Shown: positions 52,285-64,000 of the stretch, one piece after another
How positions within the stretch are numbered: the first letter of the stretch is position 1
Layout: each line of letters opens with the position of its first letter
NCBI RefSeq assembly: GCF_009914755.1
Contig: NC_060947.1
Source of the DNA: the human T2T-CHM13v2.0 reference genome, Homo sapiens
Length of the DNA: 64,000 nucleotides
Reading direction: 5' to 3' (one strand)
The notes under the pieces: model-generated
Databases searched by the model: none
Seen by the model: the letters and a program-made list of their open reading frames with translations, nothing else
What the model was told of the DNA's origin: nothing
Program-made: the position numbers and the translations under genes

Positions 52285-52787
52285 TAGGTATAATTTCCGT
52301 GTGAGGCAGGTGGGAGGCAGGTATTATTCCAGGTGAGGCAGAGGGTGTGAAGTAGCCTGGCCATCATTTGTTTAGGCTGTGGGGCTCCTGTCCGCAGTCC
52401 CCCTGCCTTGTCAGAATCTTCACCTTATTCCTATACCAAGCCTCAGCCAGCCCTGAAGGCCAAGCATTGCTAGGTGGCCAAGCTGCCTCTGCAAAGGCCA
52501 CAGAGTTTCCAAGCTCTGTTTGAAGTGGAAACTTACCTTTATGCCCTCCAGCAAAGGTCACTGGGAAAATATCACAAAACTTGGCCACTGCCAACTTCCT
52601 GTCCCTCCTCCTATCACTGCCCTCACAGCTGGGACCTACAAGGGCCCACTTCATGGGCAGGAAGGAGGCTTTCTTTTATTATGTAAATGGAAGGATTTTG
52701 CTCTGGGATCCTTGAGAGATGAGGGGCTTATCCCTCTGCTCTCCCCCAAGAGAGTCCTCCATAGGGCATAATATGACTCATGGCCTC

Positions 52788-53164
52788 TGCCATAGATTGA
52801 ATGTTTGTGTCCCCCCTGCAAAATTCACATGTTGAAATCTTACCACCCGAGGTGATGGTATTAAGAGGTGGAGGCTTTGGGAGGTGATCAGGTCATGAGG
52901 GCTCCACACTCCTGAATGGGATTAGTGCTCTTATAAAAGAGACCTCAGAGAATTCACTAGCCCCTTCCACCATGTGAGGACACAATGAGAAGACACCATC
53001 TGTGAATCAGGATGGCCCTGACCAGACCCTGACTGGACACCAAATCTGTCGGCACCTTGATTTTGTACTCCCTAGTCTCCAGAACTGTGAGCAATAAATT
53101 TCTGTCGTTTATAAGCCACCCAGTCTATGGCATTTTGTTATAGCAGCCCAAAGAGACTAAAACA
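52788..53164 (+). mobile_element. MLT1A0 solo LTR
   Basis: tgccatagattgaatgtttgtgtcccc...tccagaactgtgagcaataaatttctg...gactaaaaca. Confidence 0.93.
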
Positions 53165-53165
53165 G

Positions 53166-53740
53166 TGTGGCCAAGAGTATTTTCCAAAGATAGCCACAGA
53201 AACATATGTATCCCATCTGCCATGCTCTTCTGACACTGTGACTAATGCTTCTCCCACAGAGGGGGCGGTCTCTGTTCCTCCTCTTGAATCTGAGTAAGGC
53301 CGATGATTATTCTGACCAATAGATTATAGTGCAGATGATATGATGTAACTTCTAAGGCCAGGTCATTCAAAGGAGCCAGTCTCCAACTGCTTCTCTCTTT
53401 CTCAGAATCTCACTCTGGGAACCCAGACACTATGCTATTAGGAAGCCCAAATCAGCTTATGGGGAGAGTCCACACAGACAGGGAGACAACTGAGGCCCCC
53501 CTGGCCAACAGCCAGCATCAGCTGCCAGACATTTGAGTGCACAAGCCTTCAGATGGCCCCAGTCCCCAGCCTTCGAGGCTTCCAGCAGAGACCCCAGACA
53601 TCATGGAGCAGAGGCAAGCTGTCCCTGCATATCCTGTCCAAATTTTTGATCCACAGAATCCGAGTGTAAGGAATGAGTTCTGTTGTTTTAATCCACTAAG
53701 TTTGGGAATGACTTGTTACATAATCATAGTAACTAAAACA
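53166..53740 (+). mobile_element. MLT1 (F/H-like) solo LTR
   Basis: tgtggccaag...ccagacatcatggagcagaggcaagc...ccactaagtttgggaatgacttgttaca...taactaaaaca. Confidence 0.85.
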
Positions 53741-54589
53741 CCAAGTTTCCCAAATTCCCAGAATTGGGTTGGGTTGGGTTGGATTTGACATTTGTCTGTC
53801 ACTATGAGGATACCTCCAGGAAGATATCCTCTATGTCAGGGTCCTGGCCCCTGCACTCTTTTCCTAACACTATCCCTTGACTCGCAGGTCTGAAAGACAC
53901 ACGCCTAGTGTTTCTACAGTGACGTTCTTCCAAAGGAGATAGGGACAGCAATCTGTCTGCTATCAGACCACGCTGGCCTGATGCTGCTAATTCATAGCCA
54001 CTCCTTACAGTCTCATCATGTCTCTTCTTTCCTTCTGACAGTAACCTCAGCACAATACCGTCCAGGACTTATGATCAGGGAGGCAGTCTTTCCTCCTCCT
54101 GCCTGATCCATAACACCCCACAGCCCAATTCAGGGAGGACTTGCCCAATTCAGGGAGTCCTCCATATCTACAGAAGCAAAGCAGCATTGCTGGACAGCAA
54201 GTGTCTGCAGAATTTATTTATTTAGTTGCTCATATCTATAAGTCAGGCCTCTCTCGGGCTCATTCAGATGTTTTTAACCTCCCTTTTGGCTCTTTCCATC
54301 TGCATGGCCCACTCACACTGGAAACTCTCTTAAATCAGCAATGTTTAAGCCCTGAGTCCAGCCCAGCCTTGTGGACAGATGGTGCTTTAGTGGTGACGCT
54401 GACAGTGACACTGATGTTGAGCATCCTAACCCATTACCCCTCCCCACAGGCACCTGGCGAAGGGCATGGTCATGTAAACCTACTCCCTTAGGCTTCCTCC
54501 AGCAACGAGTGCCAGGAGCAAAAAGCTCCATGATCCTGCGGTAGCAAGCAGAATCTCTAACTCCTTTTGAAATTGCTTTTTGCTTGGGA

Positions 54590-54730
54590 GCTGGGATGCC
54601 ACTAACTAGCTGTGTGACTTTGGGCTAATTATGTCAACTCTCAAAGCCTCACGCTCCTTATGTGTAAAATATGCCCAGCCCCTACCTCAAAGATTTCACG
54701 AATGAATTAAATGAGATAATAAAGCATGCT
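54590..54730 (+). mobile_element. MIR fragment
   Basis: gccactaactagctgtgtgactttgggc...aattaaatgagataat. Confidence 0.75.
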
Positions 54731-55079
54731 TATCGAGGTCTCACTATGCTCTAGAAACTGCACCACACCCTCCACATGTAGTATTACTTCCTTCAGTCTG
54801 GAAGCCTGTGATAAACTTCTACCACCATAAGCCTAGAAACTCGGCAAATTATTTGATTATGATCAAATTTAACTATATTGAAAGGACTTGAAACAGTGGC
54901 TAATCAATTGGGACAGGAAAACACCTTGTAAACAGATTTGTTTTCTTTGTCCTGTGAAAGAAAGATGCACATAACATCAGAAAGGAAATCAACCTTTGTT
55001 TTGGTTCTCAAGGTGGCAGCGTGGAGGGAGCACTGACTTAAGAGCATGCCAACCTGGGTTCTCCTACATTTTCCCCACA

Positions 55080-55598
55080 GCAGCCACAGAAGTGGGGTCC
55101 TCCAGTAGCTTTCCATTGTGCAGGGGAGACAATCCAACGTCCTCACATGGCCACTGAGCTCTGTAGGAACTGGCCCCAGCCACGTACCTAGTCTCAGCAC
55201 CAACCACACTCCCCTCCCTCATTTCGTGCCAGCTCTCTGGACCTCTGTGCTATTCCCTAAATGTGCCAAGCCCTCACTTGCCTCCAGGCCTTTGCCCTTG
55301 CTGTTCACTCTGCCTGGAATGCTCTCCCCAACAATATCCCTGGGTTCACTCTCAGGTATTAAGGCCTCTGCTCAAAGCAAGCCTTCTCCACCACCTCTCC
55401 TCTTACTATGCTTTTCTTTTTCCTTAGGGTGCTTATCCTGACATTTATTACACATCTGTTTGCTTATGTGCTTATTGTCTGTCTTTCCTCACTAGAATAT
55501 AAGCCCTCTAAGGACAGGGACTTTGTTTTTAGTCATCATTTCATCCCCAGCATCTGGAATAGTAACGGATACATAGTAGGTGCTCAATAAATACTCAT
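55080..55598 (+). mobile_element. L2 3' region
   Basis: ggcctttgcccttgctgttcactctgcctggaatgctctcccc...catagtaggtgctcaataaatact. Confidence 0.88.
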
Positions 55599-55730
55599 AA
55601 GGAGCAAATGGCCTTTCCAAAATGCTGCAGTTCATTGAATGATTCCCCTTTGCCCTATGAGTAAAGTCTTCAAGAGCCCTCAACATCTGGCCTCTGCACA
55701 GCTCTGGTTACCTCCCAACCCCATCTACCC

Positions 55731-56850
<1,120 letters not shown>

Positions 56851-57649
56851 TTAGTTGGCTATTGTGGTTCTATCCTGACCATGCCTAAGATTGGATTAGG
56901 TGCTCCTCCCAAGTGCTTCTTAGCATTCGATGCAGCTATCTGTGTGTAGCCTGGATCTGACTGCACTGCAAATGTATGTTTATTGTCTTTTTCCTCACCT
57001 GGGCTCAGAAGCTGTAAAAGGCGTCCTATGCACTCAGAGCCCCAAGCCCAGGGCCTCCACACCAAGGTGCCCACCAAATATTTCCTGAATGCACAAATGC
57101 CCTTGGATGAGCCATTTGGCTGCCCTGGGACATTGCTTTCTCTTCTATAAAGTGAGATCACTGGATCAGAAGTTTTCTAAGATCCTTCCAGGTCAAATAG
57201 TCTACAGTTCTTCAATTCCATGCTTGACCCTCTATTCGAAGAAAAGTTCTTCCTTTATTATACCAGAATCCTAATCGGTATCTTTATGAAAACTCTTTCC
57301 AACTCTTCTGGATCTTTTCCAAAGGGAACTTACAAAATGATGGATGTCAAGGGCCCTTAGAAATGAGTTCAATCCTGACCTTTCACCGTGGAGGGGACCG
57401 AGGCCCAGAGACTGGAGAAGGCTTGCTCAAGTTCACTCAGCAAGCTAATGGAAGAACCAGTCAGACTTCAGGGGTCGTGGCTCACTACACTATTTTTTCT
57501 GCACAAAAAATGTGATTTGGAGAGATTTCTTTAGCAAAGGCATAAAAGTGAAAACCAGCAAGTGTTGGATGGAAATTTGAGAGAGGGGATGATTCCTATC
57601 TCTTTAAAGTATCATTTGGGGCTTTTGCTATAACAACACATAAAAATAA

Positions 57650-57880
57650 CACCAGCTAATGGATTTAGTGAATTCCTGCCACTGGCTAGACATTGCACTA
57701 AGCACATGACACACTTTTCTCATTTAAACCTCCAAATAATGCTACGAGAAAAGTACCCATCTTACAGATGACAAAACTGAGGCTTAGAAAAGCAAAGTAA
57801 CTTCCCCAAAGGTACCCAGGTAGTAAGTGGTAGAATGAGGCTCTGATCCAATGTGGTGTTGTGATTGCAGCTCCAGAAAC
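57650..57880 (-). mobile_element. MIR
   Basis: cccatcttacagatgacaaaactgaggcttagaaaagcaaagtaacttcccc. Confidence 0.85.
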
Positions 57881-58100
57881 CAAACTGCATACCAGCCCCT
57901 CCTATCAGAATGTTATCAACACATCCTCTCCAATTAAGTCAACATTCCCAGACAGATTGATGCATTTAGCAAAAACAAGTTCACACAGCAAAGTGTGGGC
58001 TGAGCATTTCTGTGCTATAACTTTTTCTCTTCTTTTTTATGATGACTTGCTGTGTAGGCAATGTGTGTGTTCAGAGAAGCAGATTATAGAAGATATAGGT

Positions 58101-58550
58101 TGTATCAGTCAGCTATTGGTGGGTAACAAAAACCACCCCCACACTCAGCAACATATGACAGTAAGCATTTGTTCTCATGCCCACAGGCCTGAAGGTCAGC
58201 TGTATGTCTGCAGGTCAAGTGGTCTAGGCTGGACTGGACACCAAGCTATGGGTTCAGATTAAGCCTCCCGACATGTCTCCTCATTCTTCTGAGACCAGCT
58301 GGCTTCCTGGGGTACTTTTCTTATGATGATGACAGACGTGCAAGATGACAAGTGGAAACCAAGGATACTACTTAAGGGTTAGGCTTGGAAATGGCAGGCC
58401 ATCACTTCTCCCTACATTCCAGTGGCCATAGCAAGTTGCACAGCTAAGCCTAGCATCAGTGGGATGGGAAATAGATTCATCTCTAATGGGAGGAATGGCA
58501 ATTCTCATGGATAGAGAGAGGAATCAGAAATTTGAAACAGTTATGCAATG
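58101..58550 (-). mobile_element. MLT1 (I/J-like) solo LTR
   Basis: tgtatcagtcagctattg...acaaaaaccacccc...catcacttctccctacattccagtggccatagcaag. Confidence 0.8.
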
Positions 58551-59289
58551 TAGTGCATGGAGTCATTTAAAGCTTTTAAAAAGATAAGAGCATCAGCATG
58601 TTTCTATTTTGTGAAGATTGGGGGAGAAGGGAGGAGGAAGGAAGGGAACCAGTGTTACCTTTATTTCAAATGCTGGGACAAGATTTCTCAGTTCATTTTG
58701 AATTCAGGTCCAAGGTTTCCAGGGAGGGCTGAAGGATGCAGGGAGGCTTCTGGACTGAACAGAGGACATAGGAACAAGCGACTTCCTGAAGTGTATTCCC
58801 AGACTGATTAGTACAGCAATTATTGCCATCAAATCAGAGCTGCATTCGGCTTGCCGCCTGTGTGTCATGAAGAGCTGTGGCACTTCAAGGGAGCTTACGG
58901 GGAAGCAGGAGGGCAAATGCAGACAGCCCAGATACCTCCATGCACCTGAAATGATAACCAGATGGCCATGCTGCCTGTTGTGATGGCACCTCTCCTCCCT
59001 AATGCTTCTGCAGCTCCTCCTCCTCCCCTTCTCCCTCTTGAGCTAGCAGGGGGGAAATTCCACCAACACAGGGATGGGAAATGAAGTCAATGAGTCAGCT
59101 GAGCTCTTCCTGCCCCAGGTGTGTTGTCTTTCTCACTGCCTCCTATCTTCCCAAACAAGCCACTCGCTCTCTCTCAGGCCTCTTTCCCCACTTGTAACTA
59201 CTGGTAAAAATCCTCCTCATGCCCTGCTCAGGAGATAGGAGCCATGTGGGCTGTGTGAGGCAGTAAAGTGTTTCTGAGGTGGCGATGAG

Positions 59290-59505
59290 GGTGGTTCTGG
59301 TCTCTGCCTTGGAGTCGGCAGGCCTGAACCAAATACATCCTTGCCACTGTCCAGCCTGGTGACCTCTCTAAGACTCAATTTTCTCATCAAGGAAATGATC
59401 CCCGTGGTGATACCTACCTCATAGAAATGCTGCAAGGGTTGCATGAGGAAGAACTGGACAGTGGCTGGAACAAAATTATACTCTGAAATTCATAGCTATT
59501 ATCAT
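59290..59505 (+). mobile_element. MIR
   Basis: ctctctaagactcaattttctcatcaaggaaatg...atacctacctcatag. Confidence 0.7.
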
Positions 59506-59639
59506 CATATGTCTCCTAGACTTATGATGCTTGGACTGAACCTCATTCTAAATCTATGCAGACACAGTCTGTGGGTGTAGAAGATTTCAACATCAGCTCT
59601 GCCAAAGTGCAGCTTTGCCAATGGGCCCCCCAGAAGCTA

Positions 59640-59850
59640 ATTCATTCATCCATCAATCCATGAATCCATCCATCCATCTCTGCATTCATCCATTTATCCA
59701 CCCATGCATCCATCCATCCACCTATTCATCCATCCATTCAATAATTTTTGTTGGTCATCCACTATATGCCTAGAAACAATCCAGACACTGGGGAAATATG
59801 AAGAAATGTAGAACACAACCCATCTCTCAAGTAGCTCCCCATCTAGCAGG
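59640..59850 (-). repeat. (TCCA)n degenerate repeat forming the tail of an L2 3' end
   Basis: ttcattcatccatcaatccatgaatccatccatccatc... followed by cactatatgcctag...ccatctctcaagtagctcccc. Confidence 0.8.
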
Positions 59851-59869
59851 GCATCAATGCCTTCAAGCC

Positions 59870-60095
59870 TAGTACAGTAAATCTAAGAGATGGGAAGAGC
59901 CTAAATGTTCCTGGCTCAACTCCCACCCAAGGCCAGAGGGCCCCTGCTCTATTCTCAACAGATCCAGCCTCTGCTGAAGCAAGCCCAGTGACCGGGAACT
60001 CAGAGCCTGACCATGCAGGCAACCATGTCTTTTCAGTTCTCTGTGTGAGAAAAACATCTCTGTCTGACTTGGAGCTGAAATGTAGCTTCCTGTGA
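59870..60095 (-). mobile_element. CR1/L3 LINE 3' end
   Basis: agagatgggaagagcc...atccagcctctgctgaagcaagcccagtgaccgggaactca. Confidence 0.6.
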
Positions 60096-60453
60096 TGTTT
60101 GGAACATTCACAGGCAGCTGTCCCATCCCCCCTGAGCCTTCTATTCCTTGAGCCAGACATTTGAGTTCCCTAAATGGCTCCTTGGATGAATCCTCACTAG
60201 GTGCCAACTCCTTCCCACGACACCCATTTTGTGTAAAGTGACAACATAGGGAAATTCACAAGACATGACATTGACCAGTTTGCTAAACCTGTGCTTTCTG
60301 GGGTGTTCGCAGAACACTAGTCCCACAGAGCTTAAGTAAATTGCAGGCTCCAGCAAAATAAGTGTTCATTGGCCATTCCAGCTGAGAAACTCTAGGTAAG
60401 CAAAACCAACCAGGTTCCGCTACTGAAAGATGTCGTAAAGCTTTGAAAGGGCT

Positions 60454-60828
60454 TGATATGGTTTGCTCCCGGTCCCCACCTAAATCTCATCTTGAATTGT
60501 ACTCCCATAATTTCTGCATGTTGTGGGAAGAACCCGATGGGAGATGGTTGGATTGTGGGGGCAGTTTCCCCCATGCTGTTCTCATGGTAGTGAATAAGTC
60601 TAACGAGATCTGATAGTTTGATAAGGGGAAACCCGTTTCGCTTGGCTCTCATTCTCTCTTTGCCTGCCACCATCCACATAAGATGTATCTTGCTCCTCCT
60701 TGCCTTCCGCTATGATTGTGAGGCTCCCCCAGCCATGTGGAACTGTAAGTCCAATTAAATCTCCTTCTTTTGTAAATTGCCCAGTCTCGGGTACGTCTTT
60801 ATCAACATCATGAAGACAGACTAACACA
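60454..60828 (+). mobile_element. THE1B-type MaLR solo LTR
   Basis: tgatatggtttg...ccccacctaaatctcatcttgaattgta...gactaacaca; perfect 5-bp TSD gggct (60449-60453 / 60829-60833). Confidence 0.96.
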
Positions 60829-61040
60829 GGGCTCATGTACACCATGACTGCCCAAAAGGTGATATAGAATGCTGCAGTTCCCCAAATCTCTTGATCCCAG
60901 GACTTGACTCTGCTCATGGAGCATTTCCTGGAGCCATTGTTCCTCAGAGAACTCTTTATAAAAGGAGAGTAGTGTTTTTAAAATCCAGATTATAAGCACA
61001 CAGGCAAGAAAGATAATTCTGAGTTGGTACAGAAGCCATC

Positions 61041-61450
61041 ATGTCTTGCGTACACTCACCCAGGCTTTACATATCCTTGTATTCTGGCCCTAACTTCCAG
61101 TCGTCAGCACTGGACATCTGTCTGAGAGCCTTGTGGCTATCAGAGCCCACCATGCCTCTGTCTGCAGCAGGCTAGAATTTCTAGAAGCCTAATGACCTCT
61201 CCCCGGGAGCAGCTTTCAACCAATGACTGACAGCCCAGCTCCTCCAACGGTTGAGATAATTCTAAGGTGTATCGCCTACAGTCTCCCAGAGCTCCCAGCG
61301 GGATCAAGCCCATTTGCCCACACTGGTAACTGACTTGATAACACATCCTTTGTTGGCTCCTTCCCCTCCCTGCCTCAATTCTTCACCCCACTACTGGCTT
61401 TTCCTGCCATCTCCTGCCGAACAATAATTTACATTCAAATCCCTCTCCAG
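61041..61450 (+). mobile_element. ERVL solo LTR, LTR16 family
   Basis: gagcagctttcaaccaatgactgac...ctcccagagctcccagcgggatcaagccc...tttacattcaaatcc. Confidence 0.75.
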
Positions 61451-61585
61451 AGAGTGAGAGAGAGAAGAGGGATGTGTAGCAAGGGCAGGCCTGGGTGCGC
61501 CCAGCTCCTGCTCCTTCTCATCCTCCTGCTCCTTGATGCAGCCATCCTCACTGCCTCTCATCTGCCCTGAGTGACCACGGCTTCA

Positions 61586-62143
61586 CTCTCTCTCTCTCTC
61601 TATCATGTCTCTCCTGTCTCTCTCTCTCTCTCTATCATGTCTCTCCGGTCTCTCTCTCACATGTCTCTTCTTTCTGTTTGTCAGTCTCACTCTAACACCT
61701 CTCCTATCTCTCTCTCTTTCTGTGTCTCTTGTCTGTTTCTAACACGTCTCTCCTCTCTCTCTCGTGTATTTTCTCTCTCTCTAACATGTCTCTCCTGTCT
61801 CATGTCTTTTCTGTCTGCCTCTCTCTAAAACATCTCTCCTGTCTCTCTCTCTCATCTTTTCTTTCTCTGTCTCTCTCATGTCTCTCCTCTTTCTCTCTTG
61901 TCTTTTCTGTCTCTCTCTCTAACATATCTCTTCTTTCTCATGTCTTTTGTGTCCCTCTCTCTAACACGTCTCTCTCTCTAACACCTCTCTCCTGTCTCTC
62001 TTTCTCTCATGTCTTTTCTTCCTCTCTCTCACGTCTCTCCTCTCTCTGCCTCTCTCACGTCTCTCCTCCCTCTCTGACAAGTCTTTCTTCTCGCTTTCTC
62101 TCTCCTGTCTCTAACATGTCTCTCCTGCCTCTCTCTCTCTCTC
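61586..62143 (+). repeat. CT-rich complex tandem repeat
   Basis: Recurrent unit ~(ct)n-aacatgtctctcctgt over about 560 bp, strongly pyrimidine-biased strand. Confidence 0.92.
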
Positions 62144-63004
62144 CCAGCCTCAATTTCCCCACTGCTTGAGGATTCCATCTGGCCAAGGTAGAGGAGGACT
62201 CCAGACAAGGAACCATCGGAAATAGGAGAGGGGTCTCTGGGGCACATAAATCATTCCGCAGCTCAGAGGCCTGGAGCTCCCAAACCCGGAAAGTAATTCC
62301 CAGAGCTCAGAATAACTTGGCAAGCTACTCCCAAGTCAGAGCGAGACTTGGGGCAAAGCTTCTGGGTCGCTGTTCTCCATGTTACTCTGGGTGTAACCTT
62401 GATCCCTCTGCCGAGGTAAACAACGGGGTCTGAATTATTTGGTTTGGAAACGAAAGAGGCCCTCGGGAGGTAAAGCGCCGCAGTAATAAATGAGGAGCAG
62501 AGACAGCTGTGCAGAGCAGGCCCGCTTCCCCTCCATCAGCACAAACCCGGGGCATCTCTAAAAGCTAAAAGGCATCACTCTTCTCTCCCGATAGCAGGGA
62601 CCAGAGTTGCAGAAGCCACAAATCACTAAGCAAAGTGCAGAAGAATGTTCGCCATTTCTTGGAATGGAAATAATAATAAATAATAATAATCTGTTCCGTG
62701 TATTTAGCCAAGACATGTTCTCCAAGGAGCTTTGCACTCAAATTTATCGTTGAGTCCCCAGGTTCTGGATATTTTTTAATTAAAACTTTTATTGGGGGAA
62801 ACATACAAATAAAGAGGCAACAAATGACTCCCAGAAGTGAGTTATGTGGAGGGTCACCGTCTTACATTTCTTTAGCATTTGTCTTTTTATTCTTTTGCCG
62901 TCTGGATGGTTGCAGCCTGATCAGTCCTGCTATGTTGCCTATTCATCGCATAAAAAATTAACCATAAGTACCTGTACTGGATGCCCTGAAAGAGAGAGAA
63001 AAGG

Positions 63005-63290
63005 CGTGAAAATACATTGAGCATCTCCTAAGTGCCAGGCACATCTGATACACATTATATTCTTAATTCTCATTACAACCCCGGGAGCTACCATTTAAGT
63101 GATTACTGTGTGCCTGCTAAGTGCTTTCAATGCATTACCTCATTAAATCCTCACAAAGTCCTCTGATGTGAGTTCTTTTAGTGGCCCCATGTTTCAGATG
63201 AGGACATTGAGGCTTAGAGAAGCTAAGAAACATGAGAAAACTCTCACAGGTGGAAGCAGGCTAGAACCTGGGTCTGCCTGGCTCCGGGAC
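63005..63290 (-). mobile_element. Two MIR fragments
   Basis: cctcattaaatcctcacaaag...ccccatgtttcagatgaggacattgaggcttagaga. Confidence 0.8.
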
Positions 63291-64000
63291 CCTAGTTTGC
63301 CCTGTGAAGGAGGGGAGGGGAGAGATAGGAGAGGACAGAGTATGGCCGTGTGCATCACGCTCTCCCAGAAGTGGTGCTGAGTCAAGGGTTTGGGGGCAGG
63401 TGAGTTAGTAAGGAAGCACTCCCAGGAGGAACCAGTAAGGGATTGGCGAGTAGAACAGAAAAATGGAGAAAGGCAAGCAAGGGTGCCAACTCAAAGTCCC
63501 ACCCCCATCCTCATCTGGCAGGGGGCCTCTGGAGGGTAAATTTCATCCCAGAGTTTGTCCTGCCTCCAGGCAATGGAGCCGGGTTTTTAACTCCACATCA
63601 GTCACTGGCTATGGGTACCCTGGGGTGGGGTGCAGGGGTGGGAAGGGGGATAGCAAATTCCTAGACACCTCCAGCTCTCCATACCTTCGAGGAGGTTGCA
63701 GCTATTGGCAGCAGAGCCCCCTGATGTTGGGAATGGGCCCACAGACCTGGTACAAGGAATCCAGCAATATGTGCAACACTTGGCGACCTCACCAACAAAG
63801 ATCCACCTGCATAGCCGAGATATGGATAAGGCTCCCATTCTTCAGCATGTGACCCTCCTCTTACCCCATATTTACGGTGGATTGAAAAACCCTGGGACTG
63901 GGCCATTCTGTTCTGGACATAACTGTCAATAGCCTGCCCCTAACGACTGGAGCCCGAGATACAGACCAACCTGGCCAGGGCTGAGGGAATGAAGCATGGG

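Noticed and set aside
53764-53782. (TTGGG)3 telomere-like or G4-like run
   Set aside because: Only three full G3 tracts and not TTAGGG; too short to call
61571-62169. Ser/Leu-rich ORFs and repeat-spacer-like periodicity
   Set aside because: CT-rich simple repeat; units are degenerate with no unique spacers, so neither CDS nor CRISPR array

Overview
Primate (very probably human) non-coding genomic DNA, judged from seven Alu elements, a THE1B LTR and an L1PB 3' end. I find no credible protein-coding gene, tRNA/rRNA or CRISPR array. All ORFs in the track are short, unrecognisable, or derived from Alu, LTR or low-complexity sequence. The window is a mosaic of old eutherian repeats (many MIR, L2, CR1, hAT/Tigger MITEs, L1M fragments) with an unusually dense set of solo LTRs: about 9 LTR16/LTR40-like ERVL copies and about 17 MaLR copies, in both orientations, which suggests intergenic DNA. 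Between the repeats are several repeat-free, CpG-retaining blocks rich in homeodomain, PBX-MEIS, TCF and FOX motifs that look like developmental enhancers. The most unusual direct observations are two dispersed near-identical 34-40 bp doublets 1.3-1.8 kb apart, one of which appears pasted into an older LTR. Also notable are several clean nested insertions with TSDs, a palindromic MER53 (miR-1302-type) copy, and an Alu dimer with a FLAM_A-like left arm. The sequence does not support a new multi-gene biological system. Repeat subfamily names come from recalled consensus motifs, and boundaries of old elements are approximate.
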